Positions 48,126-57,959 of a stretch of 64,000 bases of DNA are shown here, piece after piece; position 1 is the first letter of the stretch, and the number at the start of each line of letters is the position of its first letter. The notes beneath the pieces were generated by a model. It saw only the letters and a list, made by a program, of their open reading frames with translations, did not search any database and was not told the origin of the DNA. The DNA comes from Candidatus Anammoximicrobium sp. (GTDB lineage Bacteria; Planctomycetota; Planctomycetia; Pirellulales; Pirellulaceae), in NCBI GenBank assembly GCA_032229885.1, contig JAVYAJ010000193.1:2904-66903 (forward strand), read 5' to 3'. The position numbers were made by a program, and so were the translations under genes.

Positions 48126-48507
48126 AAACCTCTTCTTATTAACGCGGACCGGTCCGCAACGCAAAAGTGTACTGTACAGACCGGTGTACAAGATGCGCGC
48201 ACCGTGCGTGCATGAGACGAACTGAGACTCTAAGGATCGCGTAAGAAACAGCTTTGGTGTTTCAGACAAGTGGCTCTTTAGCGAGCGAGTCACACGGGGC
48301 AGTAACCCGAAGCGTCAGCGAGCGACTGAACGATCCCTGCAGGAACCTGCAAGGTGGATGCAATCCCGAATCCGGTCGCAACAAATGCTTTCGATGCAAG
48401 CCGCACTGGGCTCGTCCCTGGCTGACACTACCTATGGATTCGCGGTTGCCTGGCAGCCGAGTCTCTTGATGCATCCAGGCGAACGTCGGACGCCATCCTT
48501 TGCACGT

Positions 48508-49386
48508 TCAACTAGCCACGTCGGCCAGGCGTTGACGAGCCATCTCGCAGTACTCGGGAACACAGTCGATCCCGACGTATCGCCGGCCCAGACGTTTCGC
48601 CGCGATGGCGGTCGTGCCGCTGCCCATGAACGGATCCAGAACGATGCCGTTCCGGGGACAGCCGGCCAGGATGCAGGTCTCGGCCAACGTCTGGGGAAAA
48701 ACGGCGAAGTGCGCTTCGCGAAACTTGGACAGCGGGATGGACCACACCGTCCGCTTGTTCCGCCCGCGCGGGTGAAACGCTTGGTCCCATCGGCCGTTGT
48801 GCAGATTCGGGTTGCCCTTGTTCTTGCCCTGCTCGGGCGTTCCATTGACCTGGAAAAAATGGTTTCGGCCGCCCCGCATCCGGCTTTTGTCGGTGAACGT
48901 CACGTGCGGCTCGCGGATCGCGTCGGCATCGTAAAAATAATCCGTCGTCTTGGTGAAAAAGAAAATATATTCGTGGTCCGTGGTCGGCCGCGTCTTGACG
49001 GCGGACGGCATCGCGTTCGGCTTGTGCCAGATGATGTCGCTGCGCAGAATCCAGCCGTCGCTCTTCAACGCCAGGGCCACTCGCCACGGGATGCCCGCCA
49101 GCGAACCGCCCAGGTACTTGTCGCCGAGCACGAGCCACAGCGAGCCGCTGCTCTTCAGCGCGCGGCGGCATTCGCGAAACACGGCGGTCAAGTTCTCGAT
49201 GTACTGTTCCGGAGTCCGCTCGGCGCCGATCTGGTTGGCCCCGCGATAATCGCGCTGACGAAAATACGGCGGACTGGTGACGATCGTATCGATGCACGAA
49301 TCCGGCAAGGTTCGCGCTTGGCTGTGCGCATCGCCGCACAGGATTTGGTTGACGAAGTGTCTGACGCCGGACGTGTCTTCGAGCAT
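48508..49386 (-). CDS. Beta-class N4/N6 DNA methyltransferase (SPPY type; probably N4-cytosine), no cognate endonuclease seen
   Basis: ATG at 49386 within ORF 48508..49713. Motif IV TSPPY lies N-terminal to motif I VLDPFMGSGTT, which is the beta permutation. IIWHKPNAMP and TVWSIP are typical of the ParB-less MTase family. Confidence 0.9.
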   Translation of the reverse strand: MLEDTSGVRHFVNQILCGDAHSQARTLPDSCIDTIVTSPPYFRQRDYRGANQIGAERTPEQYIENLTAVFRECRRALKSSGSLWLVLGDKYLGGSLAGIPWRVALALKSDGWILRSDIIWHKPNAMPSAVKTRPTTDHEYIFFFTKTTDYFYDADAIREPHVTFTDKSRMRGGRNHFFQVNGTPEQGKNKGNPNLHNGRWDQAFHPRGRNKRTVWSIPLSKFREAHFAVFPQTLAETCILAGCPRNGIVLDPFMGSGTTAIAAKRLGRRYVGIDCVPEYCEMARQRLADVAS

Positions 49387-49698
49387 GGCCTGATTATGCA
49401 CAAGCGATCGACGTGACGAAAGCGGCCCGGCGCCAGTCGTGCCCCACCACGTTGGACGGCGCCGGGCCGATCGATGCCGAATATGCACGAGCTCGAAGAG
49501 CCGTTCGCGCCCGCGGCGCGCCTGGACAGCGCCGATCGCGGGCAAGGCTCGACAACGTCGTTCGCGTCGCGTACGCTGCGCGTTGTGGACGATTGGACTG
49601 TAGCCACGGCGGTTGCGACACAATCGCGACCGCAGCCCGACGCCATGCCGCGGATCGCCGTGTGCCTTGATTCGCAAGACAGGAGACTTTTTCCGCCG

Positions 49699-51747
49699 AT
49701 GTCGCACGCCCACCGACCTACCCGCCTGGCAGTGTCCCGCGCGGTCGCAGCGCTGGCCCTCTGTTTCCCGTTCTGTGCTGTCGCTTGGTGTCAGCCCGTG
49801 GCGTCGCCAGCGGGCCTGGCGTCACCAGTGGACTCGACCCTCTCAACGAACCTGGTGCGCAATCCGTCTTTCGAACAGCCCGCCGCCGCCGGGGCGTTGC
49901 CCACCGATTGGCGCGGCGCGGCCGACGTGTACTCGCTGGACACCGAGACGGTTCGATCCGGCCGGGCGTCGCTCAAATACGTCAATCAGGATCGGCGGCG
50001 GTACGCGTTGTGCACGCAGAGCGTGCCGGTTCAAGCTGGTTGGAAATGTTGGATCAGCGCGTGGATCAAGACACGGGATATCGTCGGAGACGAGAGCGGA
50101 GCGACGATCTGCCTGGAATGGAACGACCAACATGGGAAATATCTGGGCGGCGCGTATCCGACGGGCGTCAAAGGGACACGCGACTGGACGCGGGTCGAAG
50201 CCGTCACCCGTCTGCCCGACGGAGCCGCATCGTGCACGCTGGCTTGTTATGTCCGTAAAGAGATGACGGGCACGGCGTGGTTCGACGATGTCGAGCTGGT
50301 TCGCATCGCGGATCCGGCCATGCGAACGGTGCTGCTGTCGCCGATCTACCGCGGCCAGTTTACGGCTGGAGATGGCCAGGACGCGCGAGTTCGCGCGCAC
50401 TGGAACTTGACGGACTACGATTTACAGGCTTCCCAGACGCGGATCCGCGCGACGCTTGTCGGACGCAACCAGGCTTCGTTGCCGACGACGGCTGCGCAGC
50501 CCGCTGGCGAGCCTCGAGGCAGCGTGGATCTTGGCGTGCCACTAAACGGCTTGACGCCCGGCGAATACGAGTTGGCCGTTCGACTGGAAGATCTCGACGG
50601 GCGCGAACTTCAGACTGATCGGCATCGGCTGGTCTGTGCGCAGGAATCGGCGCGTCGCAAATGCGTGGTGGATCGGCATCGGCGGCTGGTGGTGGATGGC
50701 AAGCCGTTCTTTCCGCTCGGCATGTACTGGAGCAGCATCAACGCCAGCGAACTGGAGATCTACGCCCAGAGCAAGTTCAACTGTCTGATGCCATACGGAT
50801 CGCCCGACAAGGCTCAGATGGACCTAGCCGAAAAACACGGCCTGCGCGTGATCTATTCCATCAAGGATTGGTATCATGGGACGGCCTATTGTCCGAAGTC
50901 CATCCGCTCCGTGGCGGACGAAGAACAACATGTCCGTGATCGGGTCCGCCAGTATCGTGAACATCCGGCGCTGCTGGCCTGGTATCTGAACGACGAACTG
51001 TCGCAGCAGTATCTGCCGCAACTCGAGTCGCACCAGCGGTGGGTCGCGGAGGAGGATCCGGATCACCCGACCTGGACCGTGCTGTACCAAGTGCACGAGA
51101 TCGCCGGGTATCTCAATACGTTCGACGTGATTGGGACCGACCCATATCCGATCGGCCGTGGGTCGGCGTCGTTGGCGGCCAAGTGGACGATGGAAACGCT
51201 GCGCCAGGTCGATGGCGCGCGGCCCGTCTGGCAGGTGCCGCAGCTCCACAATTGGGCCAACTACGCCCAGACCGACGCCCAGAGACAGCAAGGGCGGACG
51301 CCCACTTACGACGAGGTCCGCAGCATGGCGTGGCAGTGCATCTGCAACGGCGCGACGGGCCTGGTGTTCTACTCGTGGTTCGACGTGCGGCGAAATCCTG
51401 ACGTGCCGTTCGATGTCCAGTGGGAGGGACTCAAGCGTGTGGCGGCCGAGATCGATCGGTGGGCGCCGATCGTGCTGTCGGTCGAGACGCCCCCGCCGGT
51501 AAAGATCGTCGGAGACACGCCCGCCTGGCTGCACTGGCTGACTCGCGTCGAGAAGGGCAAGCTGTATCTAGCTGCGGCCAGCGATGGCGATGGCGAAGGC
51601 GAGGTCGCCTTCGAGCTGCCGGCCGTGGCGAAATCGGTTCGCGCATTAACCGACGATCGTCCGCGGACGCCGACCGGTTCGACGCTCCGAATCTCGCTGC
51701 CGCGACTGGACGTGCAGGGCTACGAGATCGAACTGGCGACACCGTAG
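49699..51747 (+). CDS. Secreted CBM4/9-like domain + clan GH-A-like TIM-barrel glycoside hydrolase candidate
   Basis: ATG at 49699 within ORF 49474..51747, with a signal peptide. NLVRNPSFEQ...WFDDVELV matches the CBM_4_9 pattern. DGKPFFPLGMYW, HPALLAWYLNDE and IGTDPYPIG resemble a (beta/alpha)8 hydrolase. Confidence 0.8.
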   Translation: MSHAHRPTRLAVSRAVAALALCFPFCAVAWCQPVASPAGLASPVDSTLSTNLVRNPSFEQPAAAGALPTDWRGAADVYSLDTETVRSGRASLKYVNQDRRRYALCTQSVPVQAGWKCWISAWIKTRDIVGDESGATICLEWNDQHGKYLGGAYPTGVKGTRDWTRVEAVTRLPDGAASCTLACYVRKEMTGTAWFDDVELVRIADPAMRTVLLSPIYRGQFTAGDGQDARVRAHWNLTDYDLQASQTRIRATLVGRNQASLPTTAAQPAGEPRGSVDLGVPLNGLTPGEYELAVRLEDLDGRELQTDRHRLVCAQESARRKCVVDRHRRLVVDGKPFFPLGMYWSSINASELEIYAQSKFNCLMPYGSPDKAQMDLAEKHGLRVIYSIKDWYHGTAYCPKSIRSVADEEQHVRDRVRQYREHPALLAWYLNDELSQQYLPQLESHQRWVAEEDPDHPTWTVLYQVHEIAGYLNTFDVIGTDPYPIGRGSASLAAKWTMETLRQVDGARPVWQVPQLHNWANYAQTDAQRQQGRTPTYDEVRSMAWQCICNGATGLVFYSWFDVRRNPDVPFDVQWEGLKRVAAEIDRWAPIVLSVETPPPVKIVGDTPAWLHWLTRVEKGKLYLAAASDGDGEGEVAFELPAVAKSVRALTDDRPRTPTGSTLRISLPRLDVQGYEIELATP

Positions 51748-52138
51748 AGGCGAGCCGTGGAATCCCGACGATGGCTGGGGGCACAACCACCCAGTGCACA
51801 ACGAGTGTACAAGAACATGGTTGGGCAAAGGCGCGCATGAGGACGAGCGCGCGGGCGGGGACGGGCACGCGCATGGGGGCGAGTGCGAGTACGAGAATGA
51901 AGGACGAGTGGCGCGGTACGAGCTGGCGAGTCAGGCGGGGAACTCAAGCCGTGGACCTGTCAACCGTCTGGAGCGTGAATTACCGGCGAAGGTCGAGGCC
52001 GGGGCAACGAGGACGGTGATCCGCTCGCCGAGTGCGTGCGTCGCGGATTTGCACGACGTCTCTGCGCTAGATCGATCGCGGCCGCAAATCGTGGACTTAC
52101 TGGGACTGGGCGACGTTTTAAGCATTGGGGCAAACAGT

Positions 52139-52732
52139 ATGATCTCAGAACCGCAAATCGGCTTCATTGGTCTTCATCGAGTCGGCTTGGAGGCGCTTCG
52201 CAAGCATTGGGGTTGGTTTTTCGCCTTGGGCATCCTCCTTGTGATCTTCGGGACGATCGCCATCGGCTCGGCGGTATTCATGACGCTGGCGACGATGGTT
52301 TTGGTAGGTTGGCTGCTGATCGTGGGCGGCGTACTCGAGGCTGTCCACGCTTGTTCATGCAAAGGCTGGGGCGGATTCTTCATCGATTTGCTGACCGGCA
52401 TCCTCTACGTTGTGGTCGGCTTGATGATCGTGGGCAATCCGGCTGCTACGGCGCTCGCGTTGACCCTGTTGATCGCGATGTTTCTGGTCTTCGGCGGGCT
52501 GTTTCGCATCGTGATCGCGATCGTCGTCCGTTTTCACAACTGGAGTTGGCTGTTGCTGCACGGGATCGTCAATCTGGTCCTCGGAATCGCGATCTGGCGT
52601 CAATGGCCGCTGTCCGGCTTGTGGATCATCGGGTTATTCGTTGGAATCGACATGCTGCTCAACGGTTGGTCCCTGATCATGTTGGGCTTGGCAGCGAAAA
52701 GGCTGCCGGCAGACGAGTTGGAGGTGGGGTGA
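52139..52732 (+). CDS. HdeD/DUF308-family membrane protein
   Basis: ATG at 52139 within ORF 51794..52732. Six hydrophobic helices with the repeated GxxxxxxG pattern and a WxxLLxGIxxxxLG motif. Confidence 0.85.
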   Translation: MISEPQIGFIGLHRVGLEALRKHWGWFFALGILLVIFGTIAIGSAVFMTLATMVLVGWLLIVGGVLEAVHACSCKGWGGFFIDLLTGILYVVVGLMIVGNPAATALALTLLIAMFLVFGGLFRIVIAIVVRFHNWSWLLLHGIVNLVLGIAIWRQWPLSGLWIIGLFVGIDMLLNGWSLIMLGLAAKRLPADELEVG

Positions 52733-53101
52733 TGGACGCCCGGGACCGTCGGGCTCCAGGGTCTCGGTGAGGCGTTTCGCGGTGCGCTGGCGTAGGTTCG
52801 TGAATCCAACCCTGGGCGAACGGCGGGGGCGCTACGCGGCAAAAGTAGGCGCGAGACTGCGAGCCGAATCGCGACGCGAGGCAGCACGCCACGCGCGTAC
52901 GAGCGCGCTGATGCACGCCCCCTTCGTTTGCCGCGGCAAGTGCCGTCTTCTTGAACATCGACGCGGCGGCGTGCAGCCTGAGGCGAGCATGGCCCTAGCG
53001 CGGCGTCAAGGCTAAATGTCAACAGAGCCTCGTTCGCCAAGCTGCGCGAGTCCCATACGTTGAGGGGTGCGACAACCCGAAAAGTGCCATCGGCCTACGT
53101 A

Positions 53102-53671
53102 TTAGACGATGACTTGCGTCAGCTCGCGAAACGCGCGCAGGCTCCGGATGGGGTTGAAGTCGTCTTCGGACGCGGCCAGCTCGCGGTACTGGGGTTCGAT
53201 TTGGATCGAGGTCGCCAGGTACTCGAGCGCCAGTTCCGCGTTTCCGGCCAGGCTCCAGTAGCAGGCCAGGTTGTAGTGGATGATCGCCGCGTCCGGTTCA
53301 AGGGCGAGGGCTTCTTCCAGCGTGTGAATGGCCAAACGCAAGCGGCCCACTCGCTTGTAGCACCAGCCCAAGGCCAGCAGCGCATGCGTGTCGTCCGGGT
53401 TCAAGTCGGCTGCGTCGCGCAGCAACGGAATCGCTTCGTCATGGCGACACATCGCTCGATAGGCCAACCCCTGCAGGTACCGCACGTAGGCCGTCTGTTG
53501 GTCTGCCTCGTCCAGGCGCCGCAAGGCGACGAGTGCGCGCGTGGCGATGCGATCCCGCGCGGCCGACTCGAGTTCCCAATCCGGCGCACAGGCCGACAGC
53601 AACTCGAGGTATCCTTCGGCCTCGTGAGTCATCCGGTCCCGAACCAGTCGTCGCAGTGTGGAAACGGCCAT
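53102..53671 (-). CDS. Tetratricopeptide-repeat protein
   Basis: 189 aa. Repeated TPR consensus: AYVRYLQGLAYRAMCRHDEAIPLLRDAADLNPDD, ALLALGWCYKRVGRLRLAIHTLEEALALEPD, IHYNLACYW. Confidence 0.85.
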   Translation of the reverse strand: MAVSTLRRLVRDRMTHEAEGYLELLSACAPDWELESAARDRIATRALVALRRLDEADQQTAYVRYLQGLAYRAMCRHDEAIPLLRDAADLNPDDTHALLALGWCYKRVGRLRLAIHTLEEALALEPDAAIIHYNLACYWSLAGNAELALEYLATSIQIEPQYRELAASEDDFNPIRSLRAFRELTQVIV

Positions 53672-53857
53672 CGGAGTATTTCCAACTCAAGAATCGCGGA
53701 TATGCTACATCGTGTGCGGGCTGGCCGGATCGGATTCGGCCGTCCCCGTCCGCACCTGCCGTCATTGTAACTTGTGTTCGTCCAAGTCCCAAATGGTTAG
53801 CCTCCAAAATGTCTGCGAATCGTTGGTCACACGGCTCGACAACCGAGAGGTGCAGGC

Positions 53858-55486
53858 GTGAGCCAAGTTGTCGCCGCGAGTTCTGAGCGCGAATCGCGTT
53901 GGACGACGATCGCCGAGACCGGTCTGATCCTGTTGGTGTTTTTTCTTTATGCCGGCTGGCCACCGCCGAGCGTCAACGAGGCGCACTATCTGGCCAAGGC
54001 GAAACACTACTGGCAGCCCGACTGGTGTGCGGGCGATCGCTTTCTGACGTCCGCCGACGCCCACCTGGTTTTTTATTGGACGTTCGGTTGGCTGACGCGA
54101 CTGGCGCCGTTGGCCGCGGTGGCGTGGATCGGACGGGCGATAACCTGGGGCCTGCTGGCCTGGTCTTGGCAGCGGCTCAGTTGGGCGATCGTTCCGCGGC
54201 GGTTCGTCTCGTTGTGGACGGCCGGGGGGCTGCTGCTGTTCAACGGCCGTTTCCATCTGGCCGGCGAATGGGTCGTCGGCGGCGTCGAGGCGAAGGGGAT
54301 CTCGTATGCCTTTGTGTTCTTTGCTTTGGGGGCGCTCGTCCGCCAGCGGTGGAACGCGGCCTGGATCCTGCTCGGCCTGGCCACGATGTTTCATCCACTG
54401 GTCGGAGGCTGGTCGCTGGTGGCGGCCGGGTGCGCCTGGCTGAGCTGCGGAAAGCTCAGGCCGCCGCTGAGCCAGATGCGGTTTGGGCTAGCCGCGGCGT
54501 TGATCTTGGCGTTGCCCGGGTTGATTCCCGCCTTGCTGCTGAACCGCGGGGTCAGCCCGGACGTGGCGCTCCAGGCAGACCTGATCTACGTCTACCGACG
54601 CCTGTCGCACCATCTGGTCGTGCACCGTTTCCCGCACGCCTTCATGGCTCGGTATGCGCTGTTGCTGGGCGTCTGGTTGACGGTGTGTTTCGTCACGCCT
54701 TGTCGTGCGTGCCGCGGCGAGCTGGGCCAGCGACCCTTGCGCGGATTCGTCGCCGGCTCGCTGTTGATCGCGGCCATGGGGATCCTGATCGACCAGGCCT
54801 TGTTGCAACGTCTGGATTTGGCGGCGCCGCTGTTGAAATACTATTGGTATCGCTTGGCCGACGTGATGCTGCCGGCCGGCGCGGCGCTGGCACTGGCCCG
54901 TTGGATGACCGACCTCGAGGCGCGCCGACCGGCCGTCGGTCAAGCAGCCTTCATCCTCGGCGGTTTGCTCGTGGTCGCCGGCGTAGGGCAGATCAACTAC
55001 GAGCAGCGACAAGACTTGCGGCCCCTAGCCGATATTCAAAGCCTGCCGTCCTGGCCGAACCGCCCGCAGGAGACACGGCAGGTGTACGACCAGTGGCGCG
55101 AGGCCTGCCGCTGGATCGCCGTGCATACGCCGCGCGACGCCTGCTTCATCACGCCGCGAATGCAAGAGACTTTCAAGTGGTACGCCCAACGCAGCGAAGT
55201 CTGCTGCTGGAAAGACGTACCCCAGGACGCCGGGGAATTAGTCGCCTGGTGGCAGCGGCTGCGCGACCTATACCCGCGCCGCTTGATGGCGGGTGGTTTG
55301 GCGGCGCACGGCGAACCGCGGTTGCGCGAATTGGCGAACCAGTACGGCGCCCAATACATCGTCTCGGATCGTTGGCTCAGCCAGCGTCCACTGAACCTGG
55401 TCCGGGTCTACCCGCCGCCAGGCTCGCCGGAAGCAACCTCACCGGCGCCGTTCGAGGTGTACTGGGTCGGGCCGCGATCAAGATGA
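53858..55486 (+). CDS. Polytopic membrane protein (GT-C/ArnT-like topology, family unassigned)
   Basis: 542 aa with a GTG start. About 10 hydrophobic helices are followed by a soluble C-terminal domain of about 150 aa. NEAHYLAKAKHYW follows the first helix. Confidence 0.75.
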   Translation: MSQVVAASSERESRWTTIAETGLILLVFFLYAGWPPPSVNEAHYLAKAKHYWQPDWCAGDRFLTSADAHLVFYWTFGWLTRLAPLAAVAWIGRAITWGLLAWSWQRLSWAIVPRRFVSLWTAGGLLLFNGRFHLAGEWVVGGVEAKGISYAFVFFALGALVRQRWNAAWILLGLATMFHPLVGGWSLVAAGCAWLSCGKLRPPLSQMRFGLAAALILALPGLIPALLLNRGVSPDVALQADLIYVYRRLSHHLVVHRFPHAFMARYALLLGVWLTVCFVTPCRACRGELGQRPLRGFVAGSLLIAAMGILIDQALLQRLDLAAPLLKYYWYRLADVMLPAGAALALARWMTDLEARRPAVGQAAFILGGLLVVAGVGQINYEQRQDLRPLADIQSLPSWPNRPQETRQVYDQWREACRWIAVHTPRDACFITPRMQETFKWYAQRSEVCCWKDVPQDAGELVAWWQRLRDLYPRRLMAGGLAAHGEPRLRELANQYGAQYIVSDRWLSQRPLNLVRVYPPPGSPEATSPAPFEVYWVGPRSR

Positions 55487-55621
55487 GCTGCGTCTCGACG
55501 TCGATTCGCGATCCGCGCTCGGATCGGTTTTAGACGTGCCGTCGCCGGTCGATCCGGCGATCTGACAGCCCTCAGGGACACGCCATCCCCATCAGCAGGC
55601 TCGGGGGCGCCAAACGCATGG

Positions 55622-55999
55622 TCAAACCTGATCGACTGATTCGTCGTCACACGGGACTTGCAAGGCCGCAACACCGGCATCGAAGTCGTCGTAGATCTCG
55701 AAGACCCGATCCAGATGGGTAAGGCGAAACGGCTCGCGGACCGCCGGTTGAAGCGCGCACAGCGCGATGCGACAGGTCGTGGCGTTTTTCGATTTCAGGC
55801 GGATCAGCATCCCCAACGTAGCAGAACCGGCCATTGTCACGTTCCGGAAATCCAACAGCAGCCGGCTAGAGCTGTGCTGGGCGAGCAAATCCTCGATTTG
55901 TCGTCGGATACTATAGAGTACCCAATCCTTGATCAGCGCGGGCTCGAGGATCGAAACGACCAGGACTCCGTCCTTCACGAAGCAACTCACTTCCGACAT
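55622..55999 (-). CDS. STAS-domain protein (anti-sigma-factor antagonist-like)
   Basis: 125 aa. LLLDFRNVTMAGSATLGMLIRL...FRLTHLDRVFEIYDD follows the SpoIIAA/STAS pattern. Confidence 0.85.
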   Translation of the reverse strand: MSEVSCFVKDGVLVVSILEPALIKDWVLYSIRRQIEDLLAQHSSSRLLLDFRNVTMAGSATLGMLIRLKSKNATTCRIALCALQPAVREPFRLTHLDRVFEIYDDFDAGVAALQVPCDDESVDQV

Positions 56000-56815
56000 T
56001 CTGTCCTCCCCAGCACGCTTCTCCGGCGCGCCGCGCTGTCCTCTCCGGGCAGCCCACAGCGTAGTTGGCTCGGTCGCTTATGTGTACAACGCCTGTTGGT
56101 GTTGCCGCCCGTCCGCAACGAACAGGTACGACGTATATCCGTTAGGTTGTGTCGGTTTGTCGGCGAGCGAAGGGGCGGCGAGAAATCCGGCGAGGGCAAG
56201 GCCTTGGTCGAGACGGGTGACAACCATCGGAAAACCCTGACCGGGGGCAACAGATGCCGCTAACGGGCACGGAGTCGCCATCGGTTTCGTCAGCTCGGGG
56301 TTCTCAACCCCGTCCGTCAGCCAACACGGGGCGTTGCCCCGCGCCGAACATCGGCCCGCTTCAGGGCCAGGAACCCCTGCGCCCACGCGAAAAAGTGGCC
56401 CCGTATCGCTGACAAACGGACGGCGACAACCTTGTTGGCTGTGATTCGCTCGCGGTGGCGCCGTGGATGGGTCAGGAGCCGGGTCGATCCAGTCCGCGCA
56501 CCCGACTGTGGACGTCGTCTTCGTCTCTGTCACGCTTCGCCCCGCGACCAGCGGACGCCGTCCGGCAGCCCTCGGCCATTTCACGCCGCCATTCTCGCGT
56601 TCAACGTTGATCGACGTGCTCAGGCCGGTTGCCGTCGCGTCGGACTACGCCAAAAGTTACGTTTCGGTTCATCTCGGTTGTAGTTTCTTCAAGAAACCTC
56701 GCTAGCACCTCTTCCGTCAAGAGCAGATTTTAAAAAATCGCAACATCGTTGCTGAAGGTGGCTTACGTATATTTAACGCGCGCCGCTGGCTCGTTTTTCA
56801 GCAATGCGCTGCCCG

Positions 56816-56831
56816 TGGCACGAATCTTGCG
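56816..56831 (+). promoter_or_regulatory. Candidate sigma-54 (-24/-12) promoter
   Basis: TGGCACGaatcTTGCg matches TGGCACG-N4-TTGCW at all specified positions except the final W. It is intergenic and oriented toward the ECF sigma gene 475 nt downstream. A sigma-54 activator is encoded in the same window. Confidence 0.45.
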
Positions 56832-57273
56832 ACTGGTCCCAAGGCCGACAAAACGATCGGGCCGCCGGACGGACCGGCAGCCTGCACTGCCTCATTATAT
56901 CGCAGGCGATTGACAATGGCACGTTTCCTCGCCCCGCGACGTACAGTCGCAGACATGGTTTGCTCGTCCGATCCTGCTTTGAGTCCGGTGTCAGATCAAC
57001 CGCACACGGCAGGCACACTTGGCTGGACGTATCGTGGACGCGGCATCCTGCCGCGTTTTCACCTATGTGGGTACGCGGCGCGGCCGGATGTATCCCATCG
57101 ACAGACCGACGTCAGCCTGCCTTGGCTGTGCGCGACACGACGCTCGCTGGCTGGTTCTTCGATAGTATCCGCCGCGGGCAATTCGTGGCGCCTGTGGGAG
57201 GAAACGCTTGGCTAGCCAGTTGCGTGTGTGTTACGATCAAGGCAAACATGGCAAGCTGACAAACGTGTTTTTC

Positions 57274-57298
57274 TGAACTCTTCTTGACGGACGCCGTA
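57274..57298 (+). promoter_or_regulatory. Candidate ECF-type promoter (GAAC-N16-CGT)
   Basis: tGAACtcttcttgacggacgcCGTA ends 8 nt before the ECF sigma ATG, which would give a near-leaderless mRNA. This is a weak motif-only call. Confidence 0.3.
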
Positions 57299-57305
57299 GA
57301 TACAC

Positions 57306-57956
57306 ATGAAAGCAACGCTAAGCACAGCGAAATCAGAATGGACGGAGCCTAGTTCGCTGGAACACTGGTCCGACGAGGACCTGTTGATTCAGTATCGCGA
57401 GACCGGTCGCCGGGATTTGTTTACGGCGTTGGTGCGGCGGTACGAGCGCGAGCTGTACAATTATCTGCGCCGCTATCTCGGCAGCCCGGAGGCCGCCGAG
57501 GACGCGTTCCAGACGGTGTTCCTCCAAGTTCACCTGAAGTGCGGCCAGTTCGAGTCGAATCGTCGCGTGCGGCCGTGGTTGTACGCCATCGCCACCAATC
57601 AAGCGATCGACGCTCAACGCGGCAGTCGCCGTCATCGGCTGTTCAGCCTGGATCGCCCGAGCCGGCTGCGCGATACAGACGACGGGAAAAGCTGGTCGGA
57701 GACAACGGTCAGCAACGAACCGGACCCCGCACGGCAGGTGGTTGACGGCGAACGAGATCGCCTGCTAGCCGCGGCTCTGGATCAATTGTCCGAGCCGCTG
57801 CGGACGGTTGTCCATTTGGTGTATTATCAAGGTCTTCTATATCGCGAAGCTGCGGAAGTGTTGGCGATTCCCGTGGGCACGGTTCGCAGCCGATTGCATA
57901 CGGCAATTACCCGGCTGGCCGAGTTTTGGAACGGTCATCATCCCGAGTTGGACTGA
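57306..57956 (+). CDS. ECF-type RNA polymerase sigma-70 family factor
   Basis: Region 2 (LVRRYERELYNYLRRYLG...AEDAFQTVFLQV...WLYAIATNQAID) and region 4 (VVHLVYYQGLLYREAAEVLAIPVGTVRSRLHTA). Confidence 0.92.
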   Translation: MKATLSTAKSEWTEPSSLEHWSDEDLLIQYRETGRRDLFTALVRRYERELYNYLRRYLGSPEAAEDAFQTVFLQVHLKCGQFESNRRVRPWLYAIATNQAIDAQRGSRRHRLFSLDRPSRLRDTDDGKSWSETTVSNEPDPARQVVDGERDRLLAAALDQLSEPLRTVVHLVYYQGLLYREAAEVLAIPVGTVRSRLHTAITRLAEFWNGHHPELD

Positions 57957-57959
57957 GCG

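Noticed and set aside
56078-56584. 168-aa - strand ORF (and 56804..57259 +, 56910..57215 +) in the STAS/ECF spacer
   Set aside because: No start context, no motifs, and Pro/Gly/Ala/Arg-rich composition. The region is treated as non-coding and is discussed as a possible leader or ncRNA.
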